From Chrysomallon squamiferum (lineage: Eukaryota > Animalia > Mollusca), in assembly GCA_012295275.1 (NCBI GenBank), contig CM022669.1, positions 6,944,001 to 7,008,000 of the forward strand: DNA of 64,000 nt, written 5' to 3'. The notes under the pieces are model-generated. The model saw only the letters and a program-made list of their open reading frames with translations. It ran no database searches and was not told the DNA's origin. Position 1 is the stretch's first letter; every line of letters begins with the position of its first letter. Of the stretch, positions 45,846 to 62,193 are shown in pieces. A program made the translations under genes and the position numbers.

Positions 45846-45881
<36 letters not shown>

Positions 45882-45894
45882 ATTGTACACTGAC

Positions 45895-45991
<97 letters not shown>

Positions 45992-48380
45992 AATAACAGG
46001 ACGGATTATTGGAACTTTTCCATTTGTATGAAAACAGTAACGGCTAAAAACTAAAATTTTAAAAATTTTAAAAACGAAACTGATGTCCACATGTATGTCC
46101 ACTTTTTTTCATGCACTATAAAGTTGCACAGTTACACTGAAGCTGATATGTTTACAGTCCTAGGTGTATTTATATTGAAACTAAAAAAAATCGTGTGTCA
46201 ACAATCCCTGTAGATTACGGACGAATGAAGGCAAAGGAGCTGTGCAGAGAAAGAGTTTTCTGTTTAGAATAGTTACGATAATTTATCAGAATATCCTTGA
46301 AATATTTTTTGACTTGAACTTCGTACCTCATTACCCTGGCCTACGTAACAGAGATAAGATACGAACAAATAACCTAACTTCTTTTTAACAGTTTTTAAAC
46401 CTACTGTGCTTTGGATACGTCAGTATGATTTTAATTATTTTATTTCTTTTGGTTTTGGATTTCATTTTTTTTCGGTGTTTTTGTTCTTGTGCTTTATTGT
46501 TGTGTTTTGGCTTTCTTATTATTTTATTTTGTTCTGTTTTTATTGCTTTTATTTAACTAAAATCTGGATGCGTCAATATGGTAGTTTTATTTGTTTGTCG
46601 ACTAATGACTTTGCTGCGTATTAAAGTGTCGTCATAGAGACAACGGATCTGTGAAAATGTTTGCTGACAGCGTATTAATTACGTCACATCTCACATGATA
46701 AAATATCATAATTAAAAAAATATATAAATAAATAAATAAATCAGGAGACGGCTGGTTGAATAGAACGTTTCAGCTTTGAAGAGTCTTAGGAACAATTGCC
46801 ATTTGTGAAAACAGACGCAACACAGTGTAAAGCAAAGACTGTGGCGAGTGCTGTCCTGCCCGAGCAACGCTTCATATGAAAATGTGAGGAAACTCAAAAA
46901 TAAAAATATCGTTATATAAAAAAAACTAGGTAAGAGACATCTCATACATTTTTAATTTGACTGTGTACAAATATCGTATATATAGGTGTGATGTGTGTAT
47001 GTGTATGTACGTAAACGGGTAGGTAGGTAGGTATGCTTAAACATACGTATGTATGTTGTGTGTATATATATATATATATTTATACACATATTCATTTTTT
47101 ACTTATATGACAAGCATCACTAAAATTAGTGTTTTCTTTCTATATTTTCACTTTCAATGTTCACTTTTAATATTAAACAAAACAATGTGCCCCAACAAGA
47201 GTGCCCCAACTTACGAGTTTTTCAAGTTGCTAGCAGTCCCTCTGTCGATTTTTAGCTTTGAGTTGCGAGCCAAAATCCGTAGTACTTCTACGATATGTAC
47301 CATACTGAAACAGAAGGAGTCGATAAAGACTATAACTCCAGCCAATTGCGTTAAAATTATTTGTCTTTTATTTGTCATTTTTAAAAACGTTTCTTATTTT
47401 AAAAACACATTACAAAAAACAAAACAAACAACAAAAAAAACAACAAAAAATATGGGGTGGTTTTTGGGGGTTGGAACGGATTAATGGTATTTCAATTAAT
47501 TTTAGATGGGACAATTGATTTGATATGCGAGCAATTTAAGATGCAAACTCTGTCATGGAACGTATTAAACTTGTAATTCAAGGTACCACTTTATATATAT
47601 CTAGTCTATAACGCTCATTTGATTAACGTATGAAGTAGAAAAACTGGTTTCTTTCATTTCGCTGAATTTATAGTCAAGAATGAGTGAATCTTCCTCGTTA
47701 ACTCCGGAATCGTTTCGTAACCACATTTCTTCCTGTTGGAGAAACAAAAAAATCACTAGTCATGAACAATGCCATGAATCCACACACTAACTCTCACACA
47801 CATTCACACACACACACACACACAAAGATACATACACACACACCAACACAAACACACACACAAACACAATACACACACACACCAAAACACACACACAAAC
47901 ACATGTACACACAAATACACACCCACATACATACATATACACACACACAAACACAAACACAAACACAAACACTCATAAACACATACAAACAACTCATGTA
48001 CACAAACATACACACAGATACACACACACATACATACATAGATACATACATACATACATACATACATACATACATACATACATACATACATACATACATA
48101 CATACATACATACATACATACATACATACATACATACATACATACATACATACATACATACATACATACATACTGGAAATAAAATATATTATAATTGTTC
48201 ACCAGCACAGTTTCATTCTGAAATAAATAAAATAATTTGTGGTAATATAAATAAGTAAATCCTTAAAGGCAGTGTACTGTCTTTCTAGTTCTGGCTCAAA
48301 TACAAATTGCTTAAATTGTTTTGTTAGTATTGTTCAGCATTTGTACGACAAGCTCTGGAACATAGAAATCTAAATAATAA
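45770..48380 (+). repeat. Segmental duplication block B, copy 1
   Basis: Colinear similarity to 55090-58060 with indels (shared gattacggacgaatgaaggcaaaggagctgt, gtggcgagtgctgtcctgcccgagcaacgcttcatatg, gctctggaacatagaaatctaaat). Confidence 0.92.
47187..47593 (+). mobile_element. Tigger/pogo (Tc1-mariner) remnant, internally deleted copy
   Basis: STSTICTILKQKESIK fragment; right end ttgtaattcaaggtaccact(t)ta resembles a Tigger TIR plus TA. Confidence 0.75.
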
Positions 48381-48437
48381 TTAAAAAAGTAATAATAATA
48401 ATAATAATAATAATATACAATCTGTTTTTATTTACAG

Positions 48438-49003
48438 TATATTTGCGAGAGACATTTTCACAAAGTGGAAGGTAGAAGTCTCTTCACGGGACTCAAGGCG
48501 ACCACTCATTTCGGTCGTCCACTCTTTCACAGCTTTCTGCAGTCTCTCAAATACGAACATCCTCAGGTAGTTTCAGTAATAACAAATTTAAAAAAATATA
48601 TACACAATGAACGAATGAGTCTATGAGTCTTGAATGAACGAATGTAAATGAGCGAATATAAAACTGAATCGATCAAAAGGATGAATGAATGTTTCAAACA
48701 CATCGTTAACACTTGTCTAAAATAAAATTAAATAATGATAAAACACAAACTGTTACCTCGTCTCTTATATGTGATTAGCAGAAAGGGATTTTTATATAAT
48801 GATTTATTTATCTACTTACTTACTTATTTATTTATCTAGTTATTATATTTATTTATTTATTTATTTATTTATTTATTCAGGTGGAGAGAATTGGAGTCTT
48901 CAGCTGCGGGCCAGGACCGATGACTCGGTCTGTACAGAGTAATTGCTCAAAACTGAACGCCCGCGATGGACCGACGTACAATCATCATTTTGAGAATTTT
49001 TAA
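48438..49003 (+). CDS. Duplicated DUOX terminal exons (48438-48566 and 48881-49003), frame and splice sites intact
   Basis: [28 protein letters not shown]...HPQ and [40 protein letters not shown]; AG/GT retained; expression unknown. Confidence 0.7.
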
Positions 49004-49114
49004 AACAAATAACTGTGTCAAATAGTTTTATCTAAATACTCACTACTAACCTATACACTGTTCATCTTGGACAAAACTCGTACCTATTTTTCTGTATGTA
49101 ACACCATATACGTA

Positions 49115-49189
<75 letters not shown>

Positions 49190-49341
49190 AGTTACAAAAA
49201 CTTCAGACAGACGCTATCAGTGACACTTGGTGGAAACTGAAACACAGCAGACTGTACTTTTATCAGACAATTCTTGAAGCAAGGAAGTCTTCCATCGCAG
49301 TTACAGCACGAAGCTGGCAGGATTTGGTGAAGCCATTAAAG

Positions 49342-49398
49342 CAGTGATTCCCAACCTTTTCATCAATGCGGAGCCCTATAACATTTTTTAATATCCTG

Positions 49399-49458
<60 letters not shown>

Positions 49459-49883
49459 TTATTTTATTTTACCAGCTAAAACTAAAGCAACAGAAGTCAA
49501 AAAAAAAAAATATATATTAACATTATAGCATAACTTCTTACCGTTAGTCAGTTAGTGTGAGACTTGGGCTTGTTTTCCCTTGCACAGTTCTTCAATTCCT
49601 GGTCGTATTTTTGACAAACATACTCAAAGCTCTTCCTCGACCGACAGCAGACGATTTCTTGATTTGCTTTTAATGTTTGTGAGACAGGAAAAGGCTTGTT
49701 CACAGAGGTACGAAGTTGAGAATTGTAATAAAATACTCAGTACTTTTGCTGCAACCATTCTGTCCGTCTAACTGCCCCCAGTTTCTCTTTTTTTTATTTA
49801 TTAGTTATGTCATCTCTCGCGGAGCCCTTGACGATGCACCGCGGAGCACAAGGGCTCCTAGGAGCCCCGGTTGGGAAACACTG
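49342..49883 (-). mobile_element. Non-autonomous hAT (Buster/Charlie-type) element, 542 bp
   Basis: 15-bp TIRs CAGTGATTCCCAACC / GGTTGGGAAACACTG; 8-bp TSD CATTAAAG (49334-49341, 49884-49891); empty site at 44739-44746. The minus strand encodes a transposase C-terminus FSTSYLCEQAFS...RNRL...KQAQVSH* with an internal stop. Confidence 0.95.
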
Positions 49884-50174
49884 CATTAAAGAATAATCAA
49901 ATGAAAGTTAGAGTTGCGTCCCTTGAACAATTGTCGCATTACTATATCGTGTGCATGTATATCCTTACATCTGTTTTCTCTTTAATCATATTATTATCAT
50001 CATTATTATTATCATTATCATCATCATTATCATTATTATCATCATTATTATTATTGTTGTCATTATTATTATTATAATTGTCATTATTATCATCATCATT
50101 ACTACTATTATTACTATTACTATTATTACTACTACCACTACAACTACTACTACTACTATTATTATTATTTATTA

Positions 50175-50209
<35 letters not shown>

Positions 50210-50392
50210 TATTATTATTATTATTATTATTATTTATTATTATTATTTATTATTATTATTATTATTATTATGATCATTATTATTATTATTTTGTCTGTTA
50301 TTACTTTTTATTTATGCCACTGGGAATGAAATAAACTATGCTATTTAATTTCATTCTTTTGTTTAGTTTTTCATTTAATTTTATTTCGTTTT

Positions 50393-50432
<40 letters not shown>

Positions 50433-50704
50433 GTTACCTGTACTAAATCTATAAATAAGGCAATCTGATAAGGAAAAAAACAACGACAACGAGGAAGGAA
50501 ATTCTGCAGTCATCTTTAAAAGAGGTACTCTATTCAGACATTGTTCTCTCACGATTCAGGTTACTCTGCACCCGTAAACGAGAAGAAAACTGCTAGAAAC
50601 TTTAGAACTTTCGTGTGAATCACCCATTAATCAGAGACACATACCTGGTGTCACACTCCGTAAACACTACACATACAGATCAGAAAAGAAAAGAAAAAAA
50701 TAAC

Positions 50705-50743
<39 letters not shown>

Positions 50744-51047
50744 CACTCATCACGCCCTATTGTAATCCTATTGTGGAGAAAATGTACTCTGTGTGTATGT
50801 GTGTGTGCATGTTTATAATTATATATGTATGTATATATGAAACTGTAATACATTATGAATGTTGCAAATCGAAAAATGTACATTTTAAATTTTTTCTTTC
50901 TTCTTCTTCTTCTTCTTTTTTTTTTTTTTTTTTGTTGTTGTTGTTTTGTTTTTTGTTGTTGCTTTTTGGCTTTTGTTGTGATGTTGTTAAATATATAGCT
51001 CAATGTCTCTACAGACGTTTAAGCTCTTACTAATAATGAATAAAATA

Positions 51048-51087
<40 letters not shown>

Positions 51088-52134
51088 TTACTGTTAGTAT
51101 TATTATAATTTCGTCATATTAAAGACAAAAACAAAATGTTTCTGATAAATTGAGTTACTCATTCATGTTATTCTTTTTTTTTTTTTTTTTTTCACTTTTG
51201 TTTAAGAAACCACAAAATTGTTATTTTATTGTTAAAACCAGGGTTAAAGAAAGGCAGACAAACCATTTGAACAGATTCCGGACCGTGTAGCACTTTAGAC
51301 TTTGCTTACAGCTTCACTGTCGGGTGTATGAAGCAGGCATGTTACTCAGAATTAGTTGTTCTACGTCAGACACACCTCGCTGGCTTTGACAGAGGGTGTG
51401 ACTGTTCTCGTGTCCTTCACAGCAGCTCGCTCTGATTAGCACGTTAATTTTTTAATTTTTTTCTATCTGTTTGTCCGTCAGTCAAAATTAGCTGCTTTTA
51501 GCTTACAAAAAACATTCCCTATCCGTGTAACAGTCTGTCTTAACTATTTTTATTTCTTCTTGCTTTATTACTTATTTAATTTAATTTGATGTTTTCTTTT
51601 CTTTTCTTTTATTTGTTATTTATTTTATTTCCTTTTTTTATCTATTTATCTTCTTTTTTTTTTTCTTTCCTGTTTTTATTTCTTTTTTTTATCTATATAT
51701 GTCAATGAGGTTTTATTTGCAGTCTTCATACTGTGTTACAGTTTCATATATTAAACAGATGCCGGCATTGTTAGTTGAGTCATCAGATTTCAGTGAGCCA
51801 GAGTACGCAGAAACCCACTGATTATCTCACATATATCTTTCAATTCAGGTACAAATCTGGGGTTAAATGATAACACTCCTTTTGACTTTTAAAAAATCAG
51901 TTACCTGGCTTCTTGGTTTTGGTTTAATTTAAAACTATTTGCGTAATACTTTTCTCGAACTTTTAAAACAACATATTGATGCATTATCTGAAAGTGTAAA
52001 TAATAATTATAATAATTAATAAGTGAACAGATAAATATGTTTTTGTTTGATTGTTTTATTATAAAAAATAATAAAAAAAAAAATTAAAAAAAAAAAAAAA
52101 AAATTTAATAAAATTAGATGATAGAAATTTGGGT

Positions 52135-52175
<41 letters not shown>

Positions 52176-52288
52176 GTTTCGGAATGGTCGGCAAAATTTC
52201 CCGACTTTTAACGAGTTCATCCGACGTCGTTTCCGTTTTGCAATTCGGAAAAACTCGTTTCGGTCGTTTCGCAAGAACACCTGCTGGT

Positions 52289-54433
<2,145 letters not shown>

Positions 54434-55089
54434 CTTTAAATTACGCTATTGTTGTTTTGTTTTGCCCGTTATTGGTGAATCGCATTGCTTGAGTTTTGTT
54501 CTTTATCTCACACGCCTAGAGTCAGTCGTAAAATGGTTTTATCGTCATACATTTTGTTCTGTTGTTATTGTATTGTTTTTCTTCTGCTGTCTTTTTTTTT
54601 TTTTTTTTTTTTTTTTTGTATGATGTGAGAAGATGAACATAAATCAGTTATGTTTGTCAGTTATTTCCTCTCATTTCTTTTGACACGTGATGCTTCTCAC
54701 TGTTTTACGAATGAAAAATCTGAGTAATGGCGATTTTATACTTTTGTTTTTCATTGTTTGACATGACAGTAAAACACTTTCAGTAACTCGACACTTTTAT
54801 TTGATGTTCTGTCTCAGAATTCGTAACTAATGCAACAACAGCAACAACATATACTACTTCCACTACTTTTCCTTAATTTTACTAATACTAATACTAATAT
54901 TATACTAATACTGTTTTTACCTACTACTGCTATCACTGTTGTTATTATTTCTGCGACTATCATGTAGCTGCTAGTATTACTACTATGCAACTATAACTAC
55001 TACTACTACTGCAACTACTACTATTACTATTCATTATTATGTTACAACTTTATTATTATTTTTGCTACTACAATTACAACTACTACTAA

Positions 55090-55443
55090 TACTACTGCAA
55101 TCATTCATTATTTATTACTACTTTATTATTATTTTTACTACTGCTGATCTTCCTTTTTACGTCCTATCTATAATTCGGTTTTGGTGAACACCTTTAAGGT
55201 GTTACATCTTTTCTCTTTTTTTGTATCTTTTTTTGTTTTTGTTTTTTTGATGTTATATATTTCCTGTCATAATTTTTATTTAACATTCTTTAATTTTTAT
55301 TCGTCGCATCAGGATAAACATAAACATAGCATAGAAAAGTAATAAAAGAAACAAACAATAATTTGTGAGCATATATTTCATGTTTATTTCCTGGATGTGT
55401 GTCTGTGTGTTTGTGTGTGTCTGTGTGTGTGTATGTGTGTGTT

Positions 55444-55477
<34 letters not shown>

Positions 55478-57632
55478 TGTGTGAGTGTTGTTTTAAAAGA
55501 TCTAAGATTGTAAACTGACGTAGTTTTATGAAATCGAGCTAAAACAATAACAGGACGGATTAAAAATGATAAATGAAACTGATGTCCACATGTATGTACC
55601 CTTTCGTCCACTTTTTTTGATGCACTATAAAGTTGCATAGTTACAATGAAGCTGATATGTTTTCAGTCCTTGGTGTATTTATTTTGAAACTAAAAACAAA
55701 TCGTGTAACAACAATCCAGTCGATTACGGACGAATGAAGGCAAAGGAGCTGTACTAAGTACCACTGAACGCAGTAGTTTGAAACAGTACACAACAAACAG
55801 TCTCTCGGTTATATTGTAAATTTAAAATTATAAATATTTACAAATTGTTGTACCCTCAGTACCTAAAACATAATCCGTCACGGAACAACAGTGACGACAA
55901 TAAAACTGGATAAAGCATCATATATTATCTAATAAGTGCAGAGAGAGAGTTTTCTTTTTAGAATATTTACGTTAATTTATCTGAATGCCCTTGAAATATG
56001 TTTTACCCGAACTCTCCCCGGCCTACAGATCAGAGATAAGGTGCGATCAAATAACCTAAGTGTGGGATTTAACTTCCTTATAACAGTTTTTAAACGAACT
56101 GTAATTTGAATATGTCAGTATGATCTTAATTCTTTTATTTATTTTTGGTTTGTAGGTGTTTTTTTGTGTGTGTTTCTATTTTGGTTTTGCGTTATTGTTG
56201 TTGGTTTTTTTTTTTGTGTGTTTTTATTATTATTAATTTTTTTTATTTAACTAAAATCTGGATGCGTCAATATGGTTGTTTTGTTTGTTTGTCGACTAAA
56301 GACTTTGTCACGTATTGAAGAGTGGTCATAGAGACTAAAACGGATCTTACCGAAAACTGTCAACATGTCAAAATGTCTTAAGAATAATTGCCATTTGTGA
56401 ACAGAGACACAACACAGTGTAAAGCAAAGACTGTGGCGAGTGCTGTCCTGCCCGAGCAACGCTTCATATGAAAATGTGAGTAAACTTAAAAATAAAAATA
56501 TCATTATATAAAAAAAAAAATAGGTAAGAGACATCTCATAAATTTTTAATTTGACTGTGTACAAATATAGGTGTGATGTGTATATGTGTACGTACGTAAA
56601 CGGGTAGGTAGGTATACACATATTTATACACATATTCGTTTTTTACTTATATGACAAGCATCACTAAAATTAGTGTTTTCTTTCTATATTTTCATTTTCA
56701 ATGTCCACTTTAATATTAAACAAAACAATGTGCCCCAACAAGAGTGCCCCAAATTACGAGTTTTTCAAGTTACTAGCAGTCCCTCGGTCGATTTTTAGCT
56801 TTGAGTTGCGAGATTCCGAGGTACGAGCGAGCTTCAGATACACCGCCGCTAGTTGGCGCAACGAACAACCTAACATCCGGCCAGCATCACGCGTTTCACT
56901 CGTTTACCTCACGTGGTTGCCTTGTCATGGAAGCATCTCTGTTGTGTTGTGTTCGAGTTTTGTGCAGTATTTTGCCAAATTTCCTTTTTCTGACCATGGA
57001 TCCTAAGAAAGTGAGTGCAAAGGACAGTGCTGAGAAGACGAAGCGGATGACGTCCACTGAATTGAAGTTTGAATTCATAGAAAAACATGAGCGTTGTGCG
57101 TGTAGTCGACTTGGTTAGGCAGTACGAGTGTAGTACTTCTACGATATGTACCATCCTGAAACAGAAGGAGTCGATAAAGACTGTAACTCCAGCCAAAGGC
57201 GTTAAAATAATTTGTCTTTTATTTGTCATTTCCAAAAACGTTTCTTATTTTAAAAAGACAATACAAAAAAAAAAAAAAAATATGAGATGGTTTTTGGAGG
57301 TTGGAACTGATTAATGGTATTTCAGTTAATTTTAGATGGGAAAACTGATTTGATATACGAGCAAATTAAGATGCGAACTCGGTCACGGAACAAATTAAAC
57401 TTGTAATTCAAGGTACAACTCTATATATATCTAGTCTATAACGCTCATTTGAGTAACGTATGAAGTAGAAAAACTGGTTTCTTTCATTTCGTTGAATTTA
57501 TAGTCAAGAATGAGTGAATCATCCTCGTTAACTCCGGAATCGTTTCGTAACCACATTTCTTCCTGTTGGAGAAACAAAAAAATCACTAGTCATGAACAAT
57601 GCCATGAATCCACACACTAACTCTCTCACACA

Positions 57633-57713
<81 letters not shown>

Positions 57714-58060
57714 ACAACATACACACACACATACACACACATACACACAGATACACATACATATATACATAAATACATACATTCATATACATACACACAC
57801 ATACATACATACATACATACATACATACATACATACATACATTCATACATACATACATATTTCTGGAAATAAAATATATTATAATTGTTCACCAGCACAG
57901 TTTCATTCTGAAATAAATAAACTAATTTGTGGTAATATAAATAAGTAAATCCTTAAAGGCAGTGTACTGACTTTCTAGTTCTGGCTCAAATACAAATTGC
58001 TTAAATTGTTTTGTTAGTATTGTTCAGCATTTGTACGACAAGCTCTGGAACATAGAAATC
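55090..58060 (+). repeat. Segmental duplication block B, copy 2
   Basis: Colinear with 45770-48380. Confidence 0.92.
56730..57423 (+). mobile_element. Tigger/pogo remnant with CENP-B/Psq-type HTH N-terminus
   Basis: From ATG 56996: MDPKKVSAKDSAEKTKRMTSTELKFEFIEKHER, frameshift, then VRVVDLVRQYECSTSTICTILKQKESIK; TIR-like right end aaggtacaactcta; the left end is not clearly defined. Confidence 0.85.
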
Positions 58061-58097
58061 TAAATCTAAAAAAAAAATAATAATAATAATAATAATA

Positions 58098-58160
<63 letters not shown>

Positions 58161-58343
58161 AATAAATAAATAAAATAAAATAAATTAGAATTAAAAAAGA
58201 CGGAAAAAAACGGTAATTTTCTTTTCATCACAGTAACTTTGATTTTAATTTTACTTATTACTATTTTATTTTATCTTTTTTATTGATCGTATTTATTTTA
58301 TTTTATTTTATTTTATTTTAATATTTATTTATTTATTTATTTA

Positions 58344-58385
<42 letters not shown>

Positions 58386-58391
58386 GGCGCT

Positions 58392-58437
<46 letters not shown>

Positions 58438-59839
58438 AGCCCCATTTATTTAACAACAACATACAAAAAAATAATAAAAATAAACAAAACAGAATGTTAC
58501 CATATTATAGTTTGGTAAGAATGAAGCACACTTTTGTGTCATTTCATTTACTACCGGGTACAAACGACTGTACATGAAGATATCCGCGAAGGTAACCAGA
58601 CATTTGTAACTAATGTATCACGTGATTTTTAATTAGGAAGTGCAATTATATTTTTAAAGGTTAGTTATTGTATTCATATCTATTTGTCACGATTCTGATA
58701 ATAAATGGTGATTTATTTGAAAAACATCGTATTTTCCAAGCTATACCAAAATTTAAATATTAAAAAAAAAAAAAAAAAAAAAAAAATATTACTGAATTAA
58801 GCTTTGTGAATAAAACGTTTATTTATTTATTTATTTTTTTGTGAAGCAGTTCCTTTTTTATATATGTATGTATGTATGTATATGTATATATATATATATA
58901 GATAGACAGATAGATAGATAGATAGATATAGATATAGATACAGATATATATCGTATACGTTTGATTCATTATATATATATGATAGATAGAGTGACCTGAT
59001 TTATATAGATATATTTAACAGATTTTATCATTCTCAACCTGTTTTATTCATTATTTAGAATGGGCATGAGAAAAATCTTCCAGTGACCTAAAAATTTATT
59101 CGACTTTATATTTTAAATATAATTCTTTTTATATGAATAAATTATGTCATTTGAAAACATCTGTATTAAGAAATCACACGTACACGATAAAAAAAAATAT
59201 GTAAATATTTCATGACATAGCGTTATTCAAATTACAAATATGCTCAGATAAATTAACAATAATAATGAAAAAATATAATATAATGATTGTCACAATATGA
59301 ACTCTCTCTTCTTCTTTTTTTCACCCTCTTTCTCTTCTCTTTCTCTCTTGTTTTCTTTCTCCCTCTTTTTCTCTTTCTTTCTTTCTTTTTCTCTCTTGTT
59401 TACTCTCTCTCTCTCTTTATCATCGACTATATCAAGGGCGAACTGAACATGTTTAATACAATTACAAGAATTGCAGGGTTTGTTACATACAGTGCTGAAA
59501 TAATTAAAGTCACCTATTGTTGTAACATAAAAATATTTACGTTATCGACGAGCAATGTTCAGTATATCGAGTGTCAAACGTCATTCCATATCAGCGTATT
59601 TATCTTTTACCTATCTATCTGTTTCTTTTTATTCTGATCTAAGTTCGTATTTCATTAAACTAAGTTCGTATTTCATTGTTATGAATGTTCTATAAAGAAT
59701 TCAGACAATAAACACATGTCGCCCGAGCGAACACATACGTGATTGCCGATTAGTCAGTTAATTATCTTCCTGGTTCTGTTGTATATTTCTCGTTACACAG
59801 ACAGACCTAAAGAGGACAGGTCCCAGACGTGAGCTGAAG

Positions 59840-61841
59840 ATGTCTACTGCATGTCTGTCCTCGTTTCTTTGGCGTTTGTTAATTTGTGCGGCCATTTTCA
59901 ATGATTGTCGTTATGTCGGTGAGTTGAAGTCAGTTATTTTTTTTCTTCTTAAATAATAATTAACTTGTGTGTTGTGTTTGTTTTTGTCGCTTTTTATCAT
60001 TGTCATTTAGTTATTTATTTATTTAATAATTTAGTTAGTTTCGTTTTATTTTAGTTAAATCGGTTCTTTTCAGGTTAATTTTAATCATCGATCATCACCA
60101 AAAACCGACATTAAGTTATTTTTATTATAGTGTAGTTACTATTCTAGTACACTGTTAGTCATTGGATATTACAATTTAACCAAACGAGCGGTGGTTATGA
60201 TCATTAAAATTCTGCGCACGTAAACATTATAAATAACTGTGAAAGTTTTGACAGTAAAACGGGTTATAGCAAAAATGAGCTCACGTTAAAATCTGTAACA
60301 TTCTCGTAAATGTACTTGCAAAGTGTACACCCAAAAGATTTTCTATTTATGTATCACACAAATAAGAGTGTGCGCTTCATAGAAAGCAGATATATATAAA
60401 TGTTTGTTCAGTTTATTATCTGTGAATAAAGCTTTGGCCAACACCCAGTATGAATTAGTGAATAAACATTTATTCATAGCTGACAGAAAAATAAAGGGTA
60501 AAACTTTAAATTTTAGCGTACGTTCAGCGTATTAGTTGCAAGAAATCTCCTTTCTTTCTTTTCTTTTTTTTCTTATGTTATATTTTTATTCGTATGAAAA
60601 AAAAATAATAATAATAATAATAATAAGCACATAGTGCTTTTGGTAAAGATCCGGTTTGAAACAGTAAATTCTTATGCAGCGTATGTTGTGTATTCATTCT
60701 AGATATCGCTCTCACTGAAATATAGATCTTATGTCCCAGTAGCAACGAACGACACATGTAATATTATCCTTTAAATGATGACTATACGGTTTTCTCCTCC
60801 GTTAGATACTGTTTTTGTTTTCATCATCATCATAAACACCATTTTCTGTCACCGTCGTCATCATCGTTATTATTTAATATTGTTGTTGTTGTTGTCGTTG
60901 TTGTCCCTATAATTATACTGATAATAATGGTTGACGAAGGTTTGATGTTAATGACGAACAGCTTGTATTTAGTCAAATAAATGTTTAAAGTGTAAAAATC
61001 CATTTTATGTTATTTTGATTTGTTTGTTTGTATGTTTGTTTTATAATAATGATACGTTACTGATTTTGATGTTGTCATAATAGATTATTTATTTATTTAT
61101 TTTGTTTTGTTTTGTTTTGTTTGTTTGTTTGTTTGTTTGTTTGTCTGTCTGTTTTATAATAGTGATAAGATATTGATTTTGATGTTGTCATAATAGATTA
61201 TTTATTTATTTATTTTGTCTTTATTTTGTTTTGTCTGTTGTTTTTGTTTGTTTTTATTTTTTGAATATTTTTTTGTTTGTTTGTTTGTTTTGGTTTTCGT
61301 TTCGTTTTCTTTTCTGAGAGAATTAAAATAAATTCGTGAAACGATCTGATAATTCCAGTTACGTAGAGATTTAACACCATATTCAGTAAGACTAGGAGGT
61401 CATGAGAACTCTTCACTCAGGAAGTTAACTTCCCTTCAGTATGAACGACTTGATACGAATCAGGATGTCCTTTTCTGTGTTTTGAAACTAATCTTGAAAA
61501 ACAACCAAACATTTATAGTGCTGTTGGCCACAGTCAATGTAGAGTGTAGATAACTGTATATCATTTGTTATTATCAGTCGTCTTTTGAAGGATTTATCTG
61601 AGTAGTTGATAAAATTCTGTCGTCTGCTTGGTCATCGAGTAGTTTTCTAAAAATAATTCAAAACAAACAGACTGATTTTATTTTCTTCTTTTTGTTATTG
61701 TTGTTGTTAAACTGAACAGAACTAAAAGCAACAAAATTTGGTACTAAAAATTTAATAATGCCGAAAAAGAAAGAAGAAAATATGTTTGACTGTTTAATAA
61801 TTTAATTATATAGAAGTAGTAGTAGTAGTAGTAGTTATCCA

Positions 61842-61909
<68 letters not shown>

Positions 61910-62134
61910 AATAAAAAATATTTGTCGATTTTATTTGATCATAATGATCGATTTTTGTAGTTTTTGTTTGTTTGTTTTTGTAACCAAAAAGCTGTGTTAT
62001 ATAAAATTAAATAAATGAAAATCAAACCAAAAAGAAAACATAATCAACGTATCAAACCGCAATCTAAATTAATGCCCAAGAATAAACAATCTTTGAAATA
62101 TAAAAGTGCAAGATTTACACACTTTAAAAATGCA

Positions 62135-62193
<59 letters not shown>

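Larger units (their letters stand above)
48390..51070 (+). repeat. Segmental duplication block A, copy 2
   Basis: Colinear with 43370-45720 apart from the hAT insertion and microsatellite length changes. Confidence 0.92.

Noticed and set aside
51250-51500. GC-richer island as an extra exon or ncRNA
   Set aside because: I could not find a convincing ORF, splice pair or recognisable RNA structure.
59638-61220. Small tandem duplications (ctaagttcgtatttcatt x2 near 59639-59677; ~120 bp unit x2 near 61020-61220)
   Set aside because: Ordinary slippage duplications with no evident function.
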